Assembly: GCA_964483405.1 (NCBI GenBank)
Contig: CAZABC010000002.1
Location: forward strand, 39,756-103,755
DNA: 64,000 bases
Source: an uncultured Anaerolineaceae bacterium
Lineage (GTDB): Bacteria > Chloroflexota > Limnocylindria > Limnocylindrales > CSP1-4
Reading direction: 5' to 3'
A model generated the notes under the pieces. The model was not told the DNA's origin. It saw nothing but the letters and a program-made list of their open reading frames with translations, and did no database searches. Positions within the stretch are counted from its first letter, which is position 1, and each line of letters starts with the position of its first letter. The position numbers and the translations under genes were made by a program. Of the stretch, positions 29,887-39,109 are shown in pieces.

Positions 29887-30190
29887 CGGGCCTTGACGAC
29901 GCGGTCTCGGCGGCGTACTGTTCGAGGGTCGCCCCGGACACCCGGGCGTCGACCGACGACTCCCCCGCACCACTCCGCCCCGGGTGGCCCACGGGCCCGT
30001 CGGCCGTCGACCCGCCCGGCGCGACGCCCGCCCGGGGCGCAGCTATCGCGGACCGGTCGGAGGAGAGGGATGCGCGCCTCCGCCCGGGCCCGGACGGGAC
30101 GTCGGTCGGAGGCGCAGCCATCGGTCGGATGGGCCGACCGCACGGAGAGCACCGGCCGCCCCGGCGGTCGAGGAACGGGAGACGCGAAGG

Positions 30191-33100
30191 ATGGCGCGAG
30201 CCGCAGTGCCGGTCATGACCCAGTCCGCCCAGTCGAAGGCCGCGCGCGCCGCGGGTCCGGCGGGCCGGAGTCGCAGCCGCAAGCTCGGGGGCCCGTGGGG
30301 GGCGAGCTTCACCGGCGAGGGGACGAGGGGTCTCCGGTTCGAGCGGCGCTGGACGCGGCCCGGCATCCACCCGTACGACGAGATCACCTGGGAGCTCCGC
30401 ACGGCCGGCATCAGCAGCGAGTCGGGCAAGAGCGTCTTCGAGCAGACCGACGTCGAGGTCCCCTCGTTCTGGAGCCAGCTCGCGACGAACGTCGTCGTCA
30501 GCAAGTACTTCCGCGGCCACCTCGGGACGCCCGAGCGCGAGCACAGCGTCAAGCAGCTCATCGACCGGGTCGTGAACACGATCACGGCGTGGGCCGAGAC
30601 GCAGCGCTACTTCGCGACGCCCGAGGACCTCGCCGCCTTCAAGGCCGAGCTGACCCACCTGCTCGTCCACCAGAAGATGAGCTTCAACTCGCCGGTCTGG
30701 TTCAACGTCGGGATCGAGGCGAAGCCGCAGTGCTCGGCGTGCTTCATCAACTCGGTCCAGGACTCGATGACCTCGATCATGGACCTCGCCAAGACCGAGG
30801 CGATGCTCTTCAAGTACGGCTCGGGCGCGGGCTCGAACCTCTCGCCGATCCGCTCGAGCCGCGAGCGGATGTCGGGCGGCGGCGTCGCCTCGGGGCCGGT
30901 CAGCTTCATGAAGGGCTACGACGCGTTCGCCGGGGTCATCAAGTCGGGCGGCAAGACCCGCCGCGCGGCGAAGATGGTCATCCTCGACGCCGACCATCCC
31001 GACATCGTCGACTTCATCGACTCGAAGATGCTCGAGGAGCGGAAGGCGTGGGCCCTGATCGAGCAGGGCTACGACGCGAGCTTCACCGGTGAGGCCTACG
31101 GCTCGATCTTCTTCCAGAACGCGAACCACTCGGTCCGCGTGACCGACGAGTACATGCGGGCGGTCGTCGAGGACCGCGAGTGGACGACCCACGCCGTCAC
31201 CGATGGCACGCCGGTCGACACGTACCGGGCCCGGGAGCTCTTCCGCAAGATGGCCGACGCGGCCTGGGTCTGCGGCGATCCCGGCATCCAGTACGACACG
31301 ACGATCAACGACTGGCACACCTCGGCGAACACGGACCGCATCTACGCGAGCAACCCGTGCTCCGAGTACATGTTCCTCAACGACACGGCCTGCAACCTCG
31401 CCTCGCTCAACCTGCTGAAGTTCGTCCGCGAGGACGGCGAGTTCGACGTCGAGGCCTATCGCTACGCGGCCCGGGTGACGATCACCGCCCAGGAGATCCT
31501 CGTCGACAACGCGAGCTACCCGACGCCGAAGATCGAGGAGAACTCGCACCGCTTCCGGCCGCTCGGCCTCGGCTACGCGAACCTCGGCGCGCTGCTCATG
31601 AGCCGCGGCCTCGCCTACGACAGCGACGAGGGCCGCGACTTCGCCGCCGCCCTGACGGCGATCATGCACGGCGAGGCGTACCGCCAGAGCGCGGTCGTCG
31701 CCCGCGACCACGGCGGCCCGTTCGTCGACTACGACGTCAACCGCGAGCCGTTCCTGCGGGTCATCCGGAAGCATCGCGACGCCGCCTACCGGATCCCGTC
31801 GGCGGGCGTGCCCGAGGAGCTCCTCGATGCCGCGAAGGTCGTCTTCGACGAGGCGCTCGCCCTGGGCGAGAAGCACGGCTACCGCAACGCGCAGGTGACC
31901 GTCCTCGCCCCGACCGGGACGATCGCCTTCATGATGGACTGCGACACGACCGGCATCGAGCCCGACATCGCGCTCATCAAGTACAAGAAGCTCGTCGGCG
32001 AGGGCTTCCTCAAGATCGTCAACAACACCGTCCCGGTCGCCCTCCGACGGCTCGGCTACACGCCGGACCAGGTCGAGGAGATCGTCGCCTACGTCAACGC
32101 CAACGAGACGATCGAGGGCGCGCCGGCCCTGCGGCCCGAGCACCTCCCGGTCTTCGACTGCGCCTTCAAGCCGGTCAACGGCGAGCGCTCGATCCACTAC
32201 ATGGGCCACGTCCGGATGATGGCCGCCGTCCAGCCGTTCCTCTCGGGCGCGATCAGCAAGACCGTCAACATGCCCGAGGCCGCGACGGCCGAGGAGATCG
32301 AGACGGTCTACCTCGAGGGCTGGAAGCTCGGCCTCAAGGCGATCGCGATCTACCGCGACGGCAGCAAGCGGAGCCAGCCGCTCTCGACCGGCAAGAAGAA
32401 GGACGAGGCGGTCGCCGACGCCGACTCGGAGACCGTCGCCGCGCTCCGGGCCCAGCTCGCGACCGCCCAGGCCGAAGCGGCCAAGCCGCACCGCCGCCGG
32501 CTCCCCGCCGAGCGGACCGCCGTCACCCACAAGTTCGACATCGCCGGCCACGAGGGCTACATCACCGTCGGCCTCTATCCCGACGGCCAGCCCGGCGAGA
32601 TCTTCCTCAAGATGGCGAAGGAGGGCTCGACGGTCTCGGGCCTGATGGACACCTTCGCGACGTCGGTGAGCCTCGCCCTCCAGTACGGGGTACCGCTGCG
32701 GGACCTCGTCAACAAGTTCGCCCATGTCCGGTTCGAGCCGTCGGGCTTCACCGGCAACGCCGAGATCCCGATCGCCAAGTCGATCGTCGACTACATCTTC
32801 CGCTGGCTCGGCTCGCGTTTCCTGTCGACCGACGAGAAGACGAGCCTCGGGCTCATCGACCGCTCGGCCCTCGTTGCCGAGGCGCCGGCCGGGTTCGGCT
32901 TCGCACCGGCCGGCGGCGTCGCGGCGACGCCCGAGGACGACCAGTCGGCGAACGTCGACGCGATCGCGCCGGTCGCCGACCGGCCGGTGACGGGCGGCAA
33001 GGCACCGACGGCCCCGGTCGACGACGCACCGCGGGCGACCGCCGCCGCCGTCGCAAGCGGACCGGCGATCGAGGACCCCGCCCCCGAGGCGGTCGCCTCC

Positions 33101-33313
33101 CCGCTCGAGCTGCCGGTCGTCGCCGGCAACGGCCACGCCAAGACCAACGGGGGTGGCGACGGCGGGAGCATCACCCTGAACATCGGCGGCACGAAGGTCG
33201 GCTTCCAGCAGCAGGCCGACGCCCCGTCGTGCGCCGAATGCGGCTCGATCATGGTCCGCAACGGCAGCTGCTACAAGTGCCTCAACTGCGGCAGCACGAG
33301 CGGCTGCAGCTGA
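30191..33313 (+). CDS. nrdJ: Adenosylcobalamin-dependent ribonucleotide reductase (class II)
   Basis: Class II RNR along the full length (NPCSEYMFLNDTACNLASLNL, catalytic Cys regions, C-terminal zinc ribbon CAECG...CYKCLNCG). ATG 30191 is preceded by GAAGG. Confidence 0.9.
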   Translation: MARAAVPVMTQSAQSKAARAAGPAGRSRSRKLGGPWGASFTGEGTRGLRFERRWTRPGIHPYDEITWELRTAGISSESGKSVFEQTDVEVPSFWSQLATNVVVSKYFRGHLGTPEREHSVKQLIDRVVNTITAWAETQRYFATPEDLAAFKAELTHLLVHQKMSFNSPVWFNVGIEAKPQCSACFINSVQDSMTSIMDLAKTEAMLFKYGSGAGSNLSPIRSSRERMSGGGVASGPVSFMKGYDAFAGVIKSGGKTRRAAKMVILDADHPDIVDFIDSKMLEERKAWALIEQGYDASFTGEAYGSIFFQNANHSVRVTDEYMRAVVEDREWTTHAVTDGTPVDTYRARELFRKMADAAWVCGDPGIQYDTTINDWHTSANTDRIYASNPCSEYMFLNDTACNLASLNLLKFVREDGEFDVEAYRYAARVTITAQEILVDNASYPTPKIEENSHRFRPLGLGYANLGALLMSRGLAYDSDEGRDFAAALTAIMHGEAYRQSAVVARDHGGPFVDYDVNREPFLRVIRKHRDAAYRIPSAGVPEELLDAAKVVFDEALALGEKHGYRNAQVTVLAPTGTIAFMMDCDTTGIEPDIALIKYKKLVGEGFLKIVNNTVPVALRRLGYTPDQVEEIVAYVNANETIEGAPALRPEHLPVFDCAFKPVNGERSIHYMGHVRMMAAVQPFLSGAISKTVNMPEAATAEEIETVYLEGWKLGLKAIAIYRDGSKRSQPLSTGKKKDEAVADADSETVAALRAQLATAQAEAAKPHRRRLPAERTAVTHKFDIAGHEGYITVGLYPDGQPGEIFLKMAKEGSTVSGLMDTFATSVSLALQYGVPLRDLVNKFAHVRFEPSGFTGNAEIPIAKSIVDYIFRWLGSRFLSTDEKTSLGLIDRSALVAEAPAGFGFAPAGGVAATPEDDQSANVDAIAPVADRPVTGGKAPTAPVDDAPRATAAAVASGPAIEDPAPEAVASPLELPVVAGNGHAKTNGGGDGGSITLNIGGTKVGFQQQADAPSCAECGSIMVRNGSCYKCLNCGSTSGCS

Positions 33314-33337
33314 GCCCGGGGACCTCGACGCGAGTCC

Positions 33338-33366
33338 GAAGGGCCGGACCGAGCGTCCGGCCCTTC
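33338..33366 (+). terminator. Intrinsic terminator hairpin after nrdJ
   Basis: A perfect 11-bp stem GAAGGGCCGGA / TCCGGCCCTTC with a 7-nt loop. Confidence 0.55.
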
Positions 33367-33383
33367 CGCATGTCCGCGCGCCG

Positions 33384-34016
33384 ATGACCCGAGCGCTCGA
33401 CGGGGCGACGCTGCTCGCCGCGACCGACGAGCTGGCGGCGCGCGACCCGGAGCTCGCCGCGATCCGCGCCCGATGGGGACCGCCGCCGCTCTGGGATCGC
33501 GAGCCGGGGTTCGCCTCGCTGCTCCACATCGTCCTCGAGCAGCAGGTCTCGCTCGCCTCGGCCCGGGCCGCCTTCGACCGACTCGAGGCGGCCATCGGGC
33601 GCCCGGCGCCGGCGGCGTTCCTCGACCTGTCGGACGCCGAGCTCCTCGCGATCGGCTTCAGCCGCCAGAAGGCCCGCTACGGACGAGCCCTCGCGACGGC
33701 GGTCATCGACGGCGCGCTCGACGTCGACGGCCTGGCCGGCCTCGGCGACGCGGCGGCCCGGTCGGCCCTCCTCCGCCAGGTCGGGATCGGCCCGTGGACG
33801 GCCGACATCTACCTGGTCATGGCGCTCCGCCGACCGGACGTCTGGCCGACCGGCGACCTCGCGCTCGCGACCGCGGCCGCCGAGGCGAAGGGGCTCGCGA
33901 CGAGGCCGAGCGACGCCGACCTCGCCGCGCTCGCCGAGTCGTGGCGACCCTGGCGGGCCGTCGCCGCGCGGCTGCTCTGGCTCGACTACCTCCGGCGGCG
34001 CGGCCGGCCTACATGA
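33384..34016 (+). CDS. DNA-3-methyladenine glycosylase II-like (AlkA; HhH-GPD)
   Basis: HhH-GPD core (LLRQVGIGPWTADIYLVMALRRPDVWPTGDLAL) with the catalytic Asp context. Confidence 0.8.
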   Translation: MTRALDGATLLAATDELAARDPELAAIRARWGPPPLWDREPGFASLLHIVLEQQVSLASARAAFDRLEAAIGRPAPAAFLDLSDAELLAIGFSRQKARYGRALATAVIDGALDVDGLAGLGDAAARSALLRQVGIGPWTADIYLVMALRRPDVWPTGDLALATAAAEAKGLATRPSDADLAALAESWRPWRAVAARLLWLDYLRRRGRPT

Positions 34017-34326
34017 CCTCGAACGTCTCGACGACCTCGACCGACGCGCTCGGGTCGGCGAGGACCGGGCAGCCACGGGCGATCTCGACCGCGGCGTCGA
34101 GGCTCTCGGCCGCGATCACCGAGTAGCCACTCGGCGCGTCGGGCCCGCCATCGCGGACCGAGCCGTCCGCCCCGAGGACCTTCGTCGGGCCGGCCGGGTT
34201 GCCGCCGTCGACGACCGCCGGGCCGAGGATCGTGTACCAGTCGGTCCAGGCCTTCATCACCGCGGCGCCCTCATCGGGCGTCTCGGGGTTGCTGCCGCCG
34301 TGATACACGAACAGGTAGTTCGCCAT
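34009..34326 (-). CDS. YciI-like protein (dimeric alpha/beta barrel)
   Basis: 105 aa: MANYLFVYHGG... Confidence 0.7.
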   Translation of the reverse strand: MANYLFVYHGGSNPETPDEGAAVMKAWTDWYTILGPAVVDGGNPAGPTKVLGADGSVRDGGPDAPSGYSVIAAESLDAAVEIARGCPVLADPSASVEVVETFEVM

Positions 34327-34449
34327 CGAGGGATCCCTCCTGCGCCTGGGACGCCGCGGCAGGTGCCGGCGGTCGCGAGCGGGTGCACCGGTCCATACCG
34401 TCGACGAGCCGCGCGGGTTCGGGACGACGGCACGACCGGAGCGACGAGG

Positions 34450-35049
34450 CTATCCGACGGGCCAGCCGCCGGGGCGGTCGGGTCGCACGTCGCGGGCCGC
34501 CATCTCCGCCGTCCGCTCGATCCGGGCGGCCCGCGTCGCCGGCCGTTTCGCGACGGCGATCCAGCCGAGGGTGAGCTTGCGGGCGGAGGGCGGCCAGGCC
34601 GCCCAGTTGGCCGCCGCCGGTGGTGTGGCGTCGAGCGCGGTCGCGAGGTCCGGCGGGACCTCGAGCCGCTCGGGGCCGTCGAGCACCGTCCACGACCCGT
34701 CGGCCTTCGCCCGCTCGACCGCGGCCAGCCCCGCCGGGGCCATCAGCCCGGCCGCGACGAGCCGCTCGACGCGGGCCTTGTTCGACGCCGCCCACGGGCT
34801 CGACGGCCTGCGCCGCGCGAAGTAGAGCTTGCCCCGCTCGTCGTCGACCCGACCGGCTGTGCCGTCGACCCAGCCGAAGCAGAGCGCCTCCTCGATCGCC
34901 TCCTCGTAGGCGATCGTCGGCCGCCCGGCCGGCCGGCGCCACGAGACGAGCCAGACGCCGGCCGCCGTCGCGTGGTTCGCCTCGAGCCAGGTCCGCCAGG
35001 CGGCCCGGTCGGCGGGCTGGAACAGCGGCGCGTCGTCGAGGGCCGACAC
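34450..35049 (-). CDS. YdeI/OmpD-associated family protein (DUF1801-like)
   Basis: WRTWLEANHATAAGVWLV...YEEAIEEALCFGWVDG. The proposed GTG start has no strong RBS, so the start is uncertain. Confidence 0.6.
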   Translation of the reverse strand: MSALDDAPLFQPADRAAWRTWLEANHATAAGVWLVSWRRPAGRPTIAYEEAIEEALCFGWVDGTAGRVDDERGKLYFARRRPSSPWAASNKARVERLVAAGLMAPAGLAAVERAKADGSWTVLDGPERLEVPPDLATALDATPPAAANWAAWPPSARKLTLGWIAVAKRPATRAARIERTAEMAARDVRPDRPGGWPVG

Positions 35050-35084
35050 GGTTCGGGCCGCGGCCGTGCGTCGAAGCGACCGAG

Positions 35085-36752
35085 CTACACGCCCGCGGCC
35101 CGATCGCGGTCGGCGAGGATCCGCTGCGCGGCGAGCCGTCCCGGCGCCCCGACGACACAGCCGCCGGGGTGGGTCCCCGATCCACACTGGTAGTAGCCGT
35201 CGATCGGCGTCCGGTACTGGCTCCAGCCCGGTGCGGGGCGCATGAACCACATCTGCGGAGCGAGGAACTCGCCGGCGAAGATGTTGCCCTCCGACAGGCC
35301 GACCGTCCGCTCGATGTGGAGCGGCGTCACGACCTCGCGCTGGAGGACGAGGTCCCCGAAGCCCGGGAAGAACGACTCGAGGGTCCGCTGGACGGTGTCG
35401 CCGAGGTTCTCCTTCTCGGTGTCCCAGTCGCTGCCGCGGAGGTGGTACGGCGTCCAGTGGACGAAGCACGACATGACGGCCTTGCCGGGCGGCGCCATGT
35501 CGGGGTCGACCATCGACTGGACGGCGCAGTCGAGGTACGGCCGGCTCGAGTACCAGCCGTACTTGCCCTCGTCGAAGGCCCGCTCGAGGTACTCCATCGA
35601 CGGGGCGATGTTGGTGAAGCCGCGGAGGTGGTCGGTCGAGTCGCCGAGGGCCGGATAGCGCGGCGGCGCGTCAAGGGCGAAGTTCACCTTCGAGCTCGTG
35701 CCCTGGAACCGGAACCGGCGGATCGTGTCGACGAGGTCGCCCGGCAGCTCGGCCGGCTCGACGAGCTCGAGGAAGGTCCGCCGCGGGTCGAGCGAGCTGA
35801 CGACGACCGGGGCGTGGAGCTCGGTCCCGTCGGCGAGCGCGACGCCGGTCGTCCGGCCGCCACGGGTGATGACCGCCGCCACGGGCGACTCGAGCCGGAT
35901 CTCGGCGCCGAACGACTCGGCGGCCCGGGCCAGGACCTGGGTGAAGCCGCCGTTGCCGCCCTTGTGGAACGACCAGGCGCCGTAGACGCCGTCGTGCTCG
36001 CCCATGAGGTGGTAGAGCAGGACGAGCCCCGAGCCCTGCGAGTACGGCCCCACGTTCGTGCCGATGATCGACGACGAGGCGAGGTACCCCTTGACGATGT
36101 CGGACTCGAAGTAGTCGTCGAGGAAGTCGGCGGCCGAGCCGGTCAGCAGCCGGACGGCATCGTGGACGACCTTGCGGTCGAGGCCCCGGAGGTGCTGGGC
36201 CATCGCCGCGATCCGGACGAGCTCCTCGGGGTCGTCGCTCCAGAAGTCGGGCGGGGCCGTCTCGAAGAGCGGCCGCAGCGCGTGGAGGACCCGGGTGATG
36301 TCGTGGTCGAACGCGTCGTAGGCGTCGGCGTCGTGCGGTGAGTGGCGGGCGATCTCGCGCTGGTTCTCGCCGTGGTCCTGGCCGAGCAGGAGGTAGTCGC
36401 CGTCCTCCTTGGGGCAGAACGTCGTCGGCATGAGGAGCGGCATGAAGCCGTGCTTGACGAGCTCCAGCTCCTGGACGATCTGCGGCCGCAGGAGGCTCAG
36501 GGCGTACGAGAAGGTCGTGAACCAGAAGCCCGGCCGGAGCTCCTCGGTGATCGCCGCTCCGCCGACGAGGTGACGCCGCTCGAGGACGAGCGTGCGCAGG
36601 CCGGCCTTGGCCAGGTAGGCGGCGTTGACGAGGCCGTTGTGGCCGGCGCCGACGACGATCGCGTCGTACGTCCGGTCGGCGGCGGTCGTCGCCTTCGCGC
36701 GCTTGGGCGCCTTGGCCCGGGCGGGCGCCTTGGTGGTCGTCGTCTTCGGCAT
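35085..36752 (-). CDS. FAD/NAD(P)-binding oxidoreductase of the phytoene-desaturase-like (COG1233) family
   Basis: DAIVVGAGHNGLVNAAYLAKAG dinucleotide-binding motif and an amine-oxidase-like fold. Its 3' end overlaps the start region of the gcvT-like gene. Confidence 0.85.
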   Translation of the reverse strand: MPKTTTTKAPARAKAPKRAKATTAADRTYDAIVVGAGHNGLVNAAYLAKAGLRTLVLERRHLVGGAAITEELRPGFWFTTFSYALSLLRPQIVQELELVKHGFMPLLMPTTFCPKEDGDYLLLGQDHGENQREIARHSPHDADAYDAFDHDITRVLHALRPLFETAPPDFWSDDPEELVRIAAMAQHLRGLDRKVVHDAVRLLTGSAADFLDDYFESDIVKGYLASSSIIGTNVGPYSQGSGLVLLYHLMGEHDGVYGAWSFHKGGNGGFTQVLARAAESFGAEIRLESPVAAVITRGGRTTGVALADGTELHAPVVVSSLDPRRTFLELVEPAELPGDLVDTIRRFRFQGTSSKVNFALDAPPRYPALGDSTDHLRGFTNIAPSMEYLERAFDEGKYGWYSSRPYLDCAVQSMVDPDMAPPGKAVMSCFVHWTPYHLRGSDWDTEKENLGDTVQRTLESFFPGFGDLVLQREVVTPLHIERTVGLSEGNIFAGEFLAPQMWFMRPAPGWSQYRTPIDGYYQCGSGTHPGGCVVGAPGRLAAQRILADRDRAAGV

Positions 36753-36753
36753 C

Positions 36754-37965
36754 TCAGGCGGTCCTTCGCGGCGGGTCGTAGAGCGGGAGGCGGGTCACCT
36801 CCGCGCCGAAGTACTCGTAGTGGTGGTGGACGGGCAGCTCGAGCCGGACGCGGGTCCCGGGGACCGCCATCGGCGGCGGCACCCGCCCGAGCGCGATGTG
36901 GCGCTGGAGGACCGGCGAGTACATGAAGCTCGTCACGTAACCGACCTGGCGCAGGTCGTCGTCGTACAGGTACGACTCGCCGTGGACGGGGACGTGGTCG
37001 CGGGGCGGGATGACCCCGGCCTCGGTGTAGCGCCGGTCGTACTCGGCCCAGTCGAGGACGAGCCCGGTCAGCCGGTACCGGGTCGAGCCGGTCGCGAGCT
37101 CGCGACGGATCGCGTCGCGGCCGAGGAAGGCCCGGTCGCTCGTCGCGATGTCGCGGAACATCCAGCCGTAGCCGAGCTCGACCGGCGTCGAGCGGGCCTC
37201 GTCGGTCCAGGCGAAGCGGCTCGAGTGGAAGTCGACGCCGAGCAGGAGCAGGCCGGCCTCGATCCGGGCCATGTACAGCGCCGTCAGCCCGAACGGGACG
37301 ATCCCGCGCCCGGCACTCGCCTCGGCGAGGGTGTCCCAGACCCGGAGTCCATCGGTCGCGTCGATCCACAGCTCGTAGCCGAGGTCGCCGGTGTAGCCGG
37401 TCCGGGTCACCTGGAGGCGACGGCCGCCGATCGTCGCCGGCGCGAGGTCGAACGGGCGGAGGCCGCCGACGGACGCGTCGAGCGAGGCGAGGACCTCGCG
37501 CGACCGGGGGCCCTGGAAGGCGAGCACGCCGTACGCCTCGGAGACGTCCTCGACGACGACCCGGCGCCGGCCGACCTGGTCGGCGAACCAGGCGAGGTTG
37601 GGTTCGGCCGCGGTCAGCAAGAAGTCGTCGTCGGCGAACCGGAGGACGACGCCGTCCTCGACGACGCCGCCGCGGTCGTCGCACCACAGCGTGTACTGGG
37701 CCCGGCCCGGACGGCAGGTCCGGATGTCGCGGGCCAGGGCGGTGGCGAGGAACGCCTCCGCGTCGGGGCCGTGGACCCGGTACTTGAACAGCGGCGAGGT
37801 GTCGAAGACCCCGGCCGCGTTGCGGATCGCGACGTACTCGGCCTTCTCGGAGGCCTGGTAGCGGGTCGCGGCGAGATAGCCGGACCAGTGCTCCCACAGG
37901 CCCGTCTCGTTGCGTGCGCTCGTCCGCTCGTGGAACGGGGTCGTCCGGATCATCGGCCGCCTCAT
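36754..37965 (-). CDS. Aminomethyltransferase-family (GcvT-like, folate-binding) protein
   Basis: RTGYTGDLGYELW matches the GcvT TGYTGEDGFE motif. The full GcvT N- and C-terminal domain architecture is present. Confidence 0.85.
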   Translation of the reverse strand: MRRPMIRTTPFHERTSARNETGLWEHWSGYLAATRYQASEKAEYVAIRNAAGVFDTSPLFKYRVHGPDAEAFLATALARDIRTCRPGRAQYTLWCDDRGGVVEDGVVLRFADDDFLLTAAEPNLAWFADQVGRRRVVVEDVSEAYGVLAFQGPRSREVLASLDASVGGLRPFDLAPATIGGRRLQVTRTGYTGDLGYELWIDATDGLRVWDTLAEASAGRGIVPFGLTALYMARIEAGLLLLGVDFHSSRFAWTDEARSTPVELGYGWMFRDIATSDRAFLGRDAIRRELATGSTRYRLTGLVLDWAEYDRRYTEAGVIPPRDHVPVHGESYLYDDDLRQVGYVTSFMYSPVLQRHIALGRVPPPMAVPGTRVRLELPVHHHYEYFGAEVTRLPLYDPPRRTA

Positions 37966-38045
37966 CGGGTCGTCGCGGGCCGCGCCCGCCGAAGTCCCGG
38001 CATGGTAGCCGCGCAGCCGCGGCGGTTTCCTGGCCGTCCCGCCCC

Positions 38046-38951
38046 ATGGGCGGGTATCGCGAGCGCTCCCGCTATCCTTCGCCCGTGCGCGTCTTCGACC
38101 TCCACGACCACGCCCCGCTCGACCGACCGGTCCTCGTCGTCGCCCTCGACGGCTGGGTCGACGCCGGCTCCGCGGCGACCCTGGCCGCGGCCCAGCTCGC
38201 CGAAGACGGCGAGCTCGTGGCCACGTTCGACCCCGACGCGATCTACGACTACCGCGCCCGCCGGCCGACGCTCAAGATCGTGGACGGGCGGCTGACCGAG
38301 ATCGACTGGCCCGAGCTGACGGTCCGGGCCTGCCGGATCGACGGCCGCGACCTCCTCGTCATGACCGGCCAGGAGCCCGACGATCGCTGGCGCGCGCTGG
38401 GCGCCTCGGTCGTCGAGCTCGCCCGCGCGCTCGAAGTCCGCGAGTGGATCAGCCTGGGCGCCATCCCGGCCGCCGTGCCGCACACGCGGCCCGTGCCGAT
38501 CATGGGGACCGAGTCGGAGCCCGGACGGCTCCGCGGCGGGGTCGCCGCCGGCCCGGCCGGCGTCCTGCGGGTCCCCGCGGCGGCGCTCTCGACGCTCGAG
38601 ATGGCGGTCGACACGGCGGGGATCCCGGCGGTCGGCCTGTTCGCCCAGATCCCGCACTACGTCTCCGGGCCGTATGCGCCGGCGGCCGTCGAGCTGCTCC
38701 GCGCGCTCGGGCGACATCTCGAGGCCCAGCTGCCACTCGGCTTCCTGCCCGAGGAGGCCCGCCAGCTCGGAGCGCGGCTCGACACGGCGGCCGCCGGCGA
38801 CGAGACGACCCGGGCGTACATCGCCCGCCTCGAGGGGATGAGCGACGAGTCGCGGCTGCCGTCGGGCGACGACCTGATCGCCGACATCGAGCGGTTCCTC
38901 CGCGACCGCGGCGCGCCCGGCGAGGGCGAAGGCAGCAGCCGCCTCAACTGA
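38046..38951 (+). CDS. PAC2 (proteasome assembly chaperone 2-like) family protein
   Basis: VLVVALDGWVDAGSAATLAAAQL is the typical PAC2 N-terminal motif. The start is uncertain (ATG 38046 vs a downstream GTG). Confidence 0.7.
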   Translation: MGGYRERSRYPSPVRVFDLHDHAPLDRPVLVVALDGWVDAGSAATLAAAQLAEDGELVATFDPDAIYDYRARRPTLKIVDGRLTEIDWPELTVRACRIDGRDLLVMTGQEPDDRWRALGASVVELARALEVREWISLGAIPAAVPHTRPVPIMGTESEPGRLRGGVAAGPAGVLRVPAAALSTLEMAVDTAGIPAVGLFAQIPHYVSGPYAPAAVELLRALGRHLEAQLPLGFLPEEARQLGARLDTAAAGDETTRAYIARLEGMSDESRLPSGDDLIADIERFLRDRGAPGEGEGSSRLN

Positions 38952-39109
38952 TCGGCGGGGCCTGGCGGCTGGCGCCGGATGGCGGGCCGGCGGAGGGACC
39001 CCGGCCCAGCGCGCCACCCGCCGACTCCCGTAGAGTGACCGTGCGCCGGCGACGGGCGCGACGACGCGTCGCGGACCGCCGGGGTCGCTCGGAGGCGTTC
39101 GGAGGGATC

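Noticed and set aside
29669-33595. 1308-aa ORF on the minus strand
   Set aside because: It is exactly antisense to nrdJ, which has unambiguous class II RNR homology. The translation is Arg/Gly/Asp-rich with no motifs. This is a typical high-GC shadow ORF.
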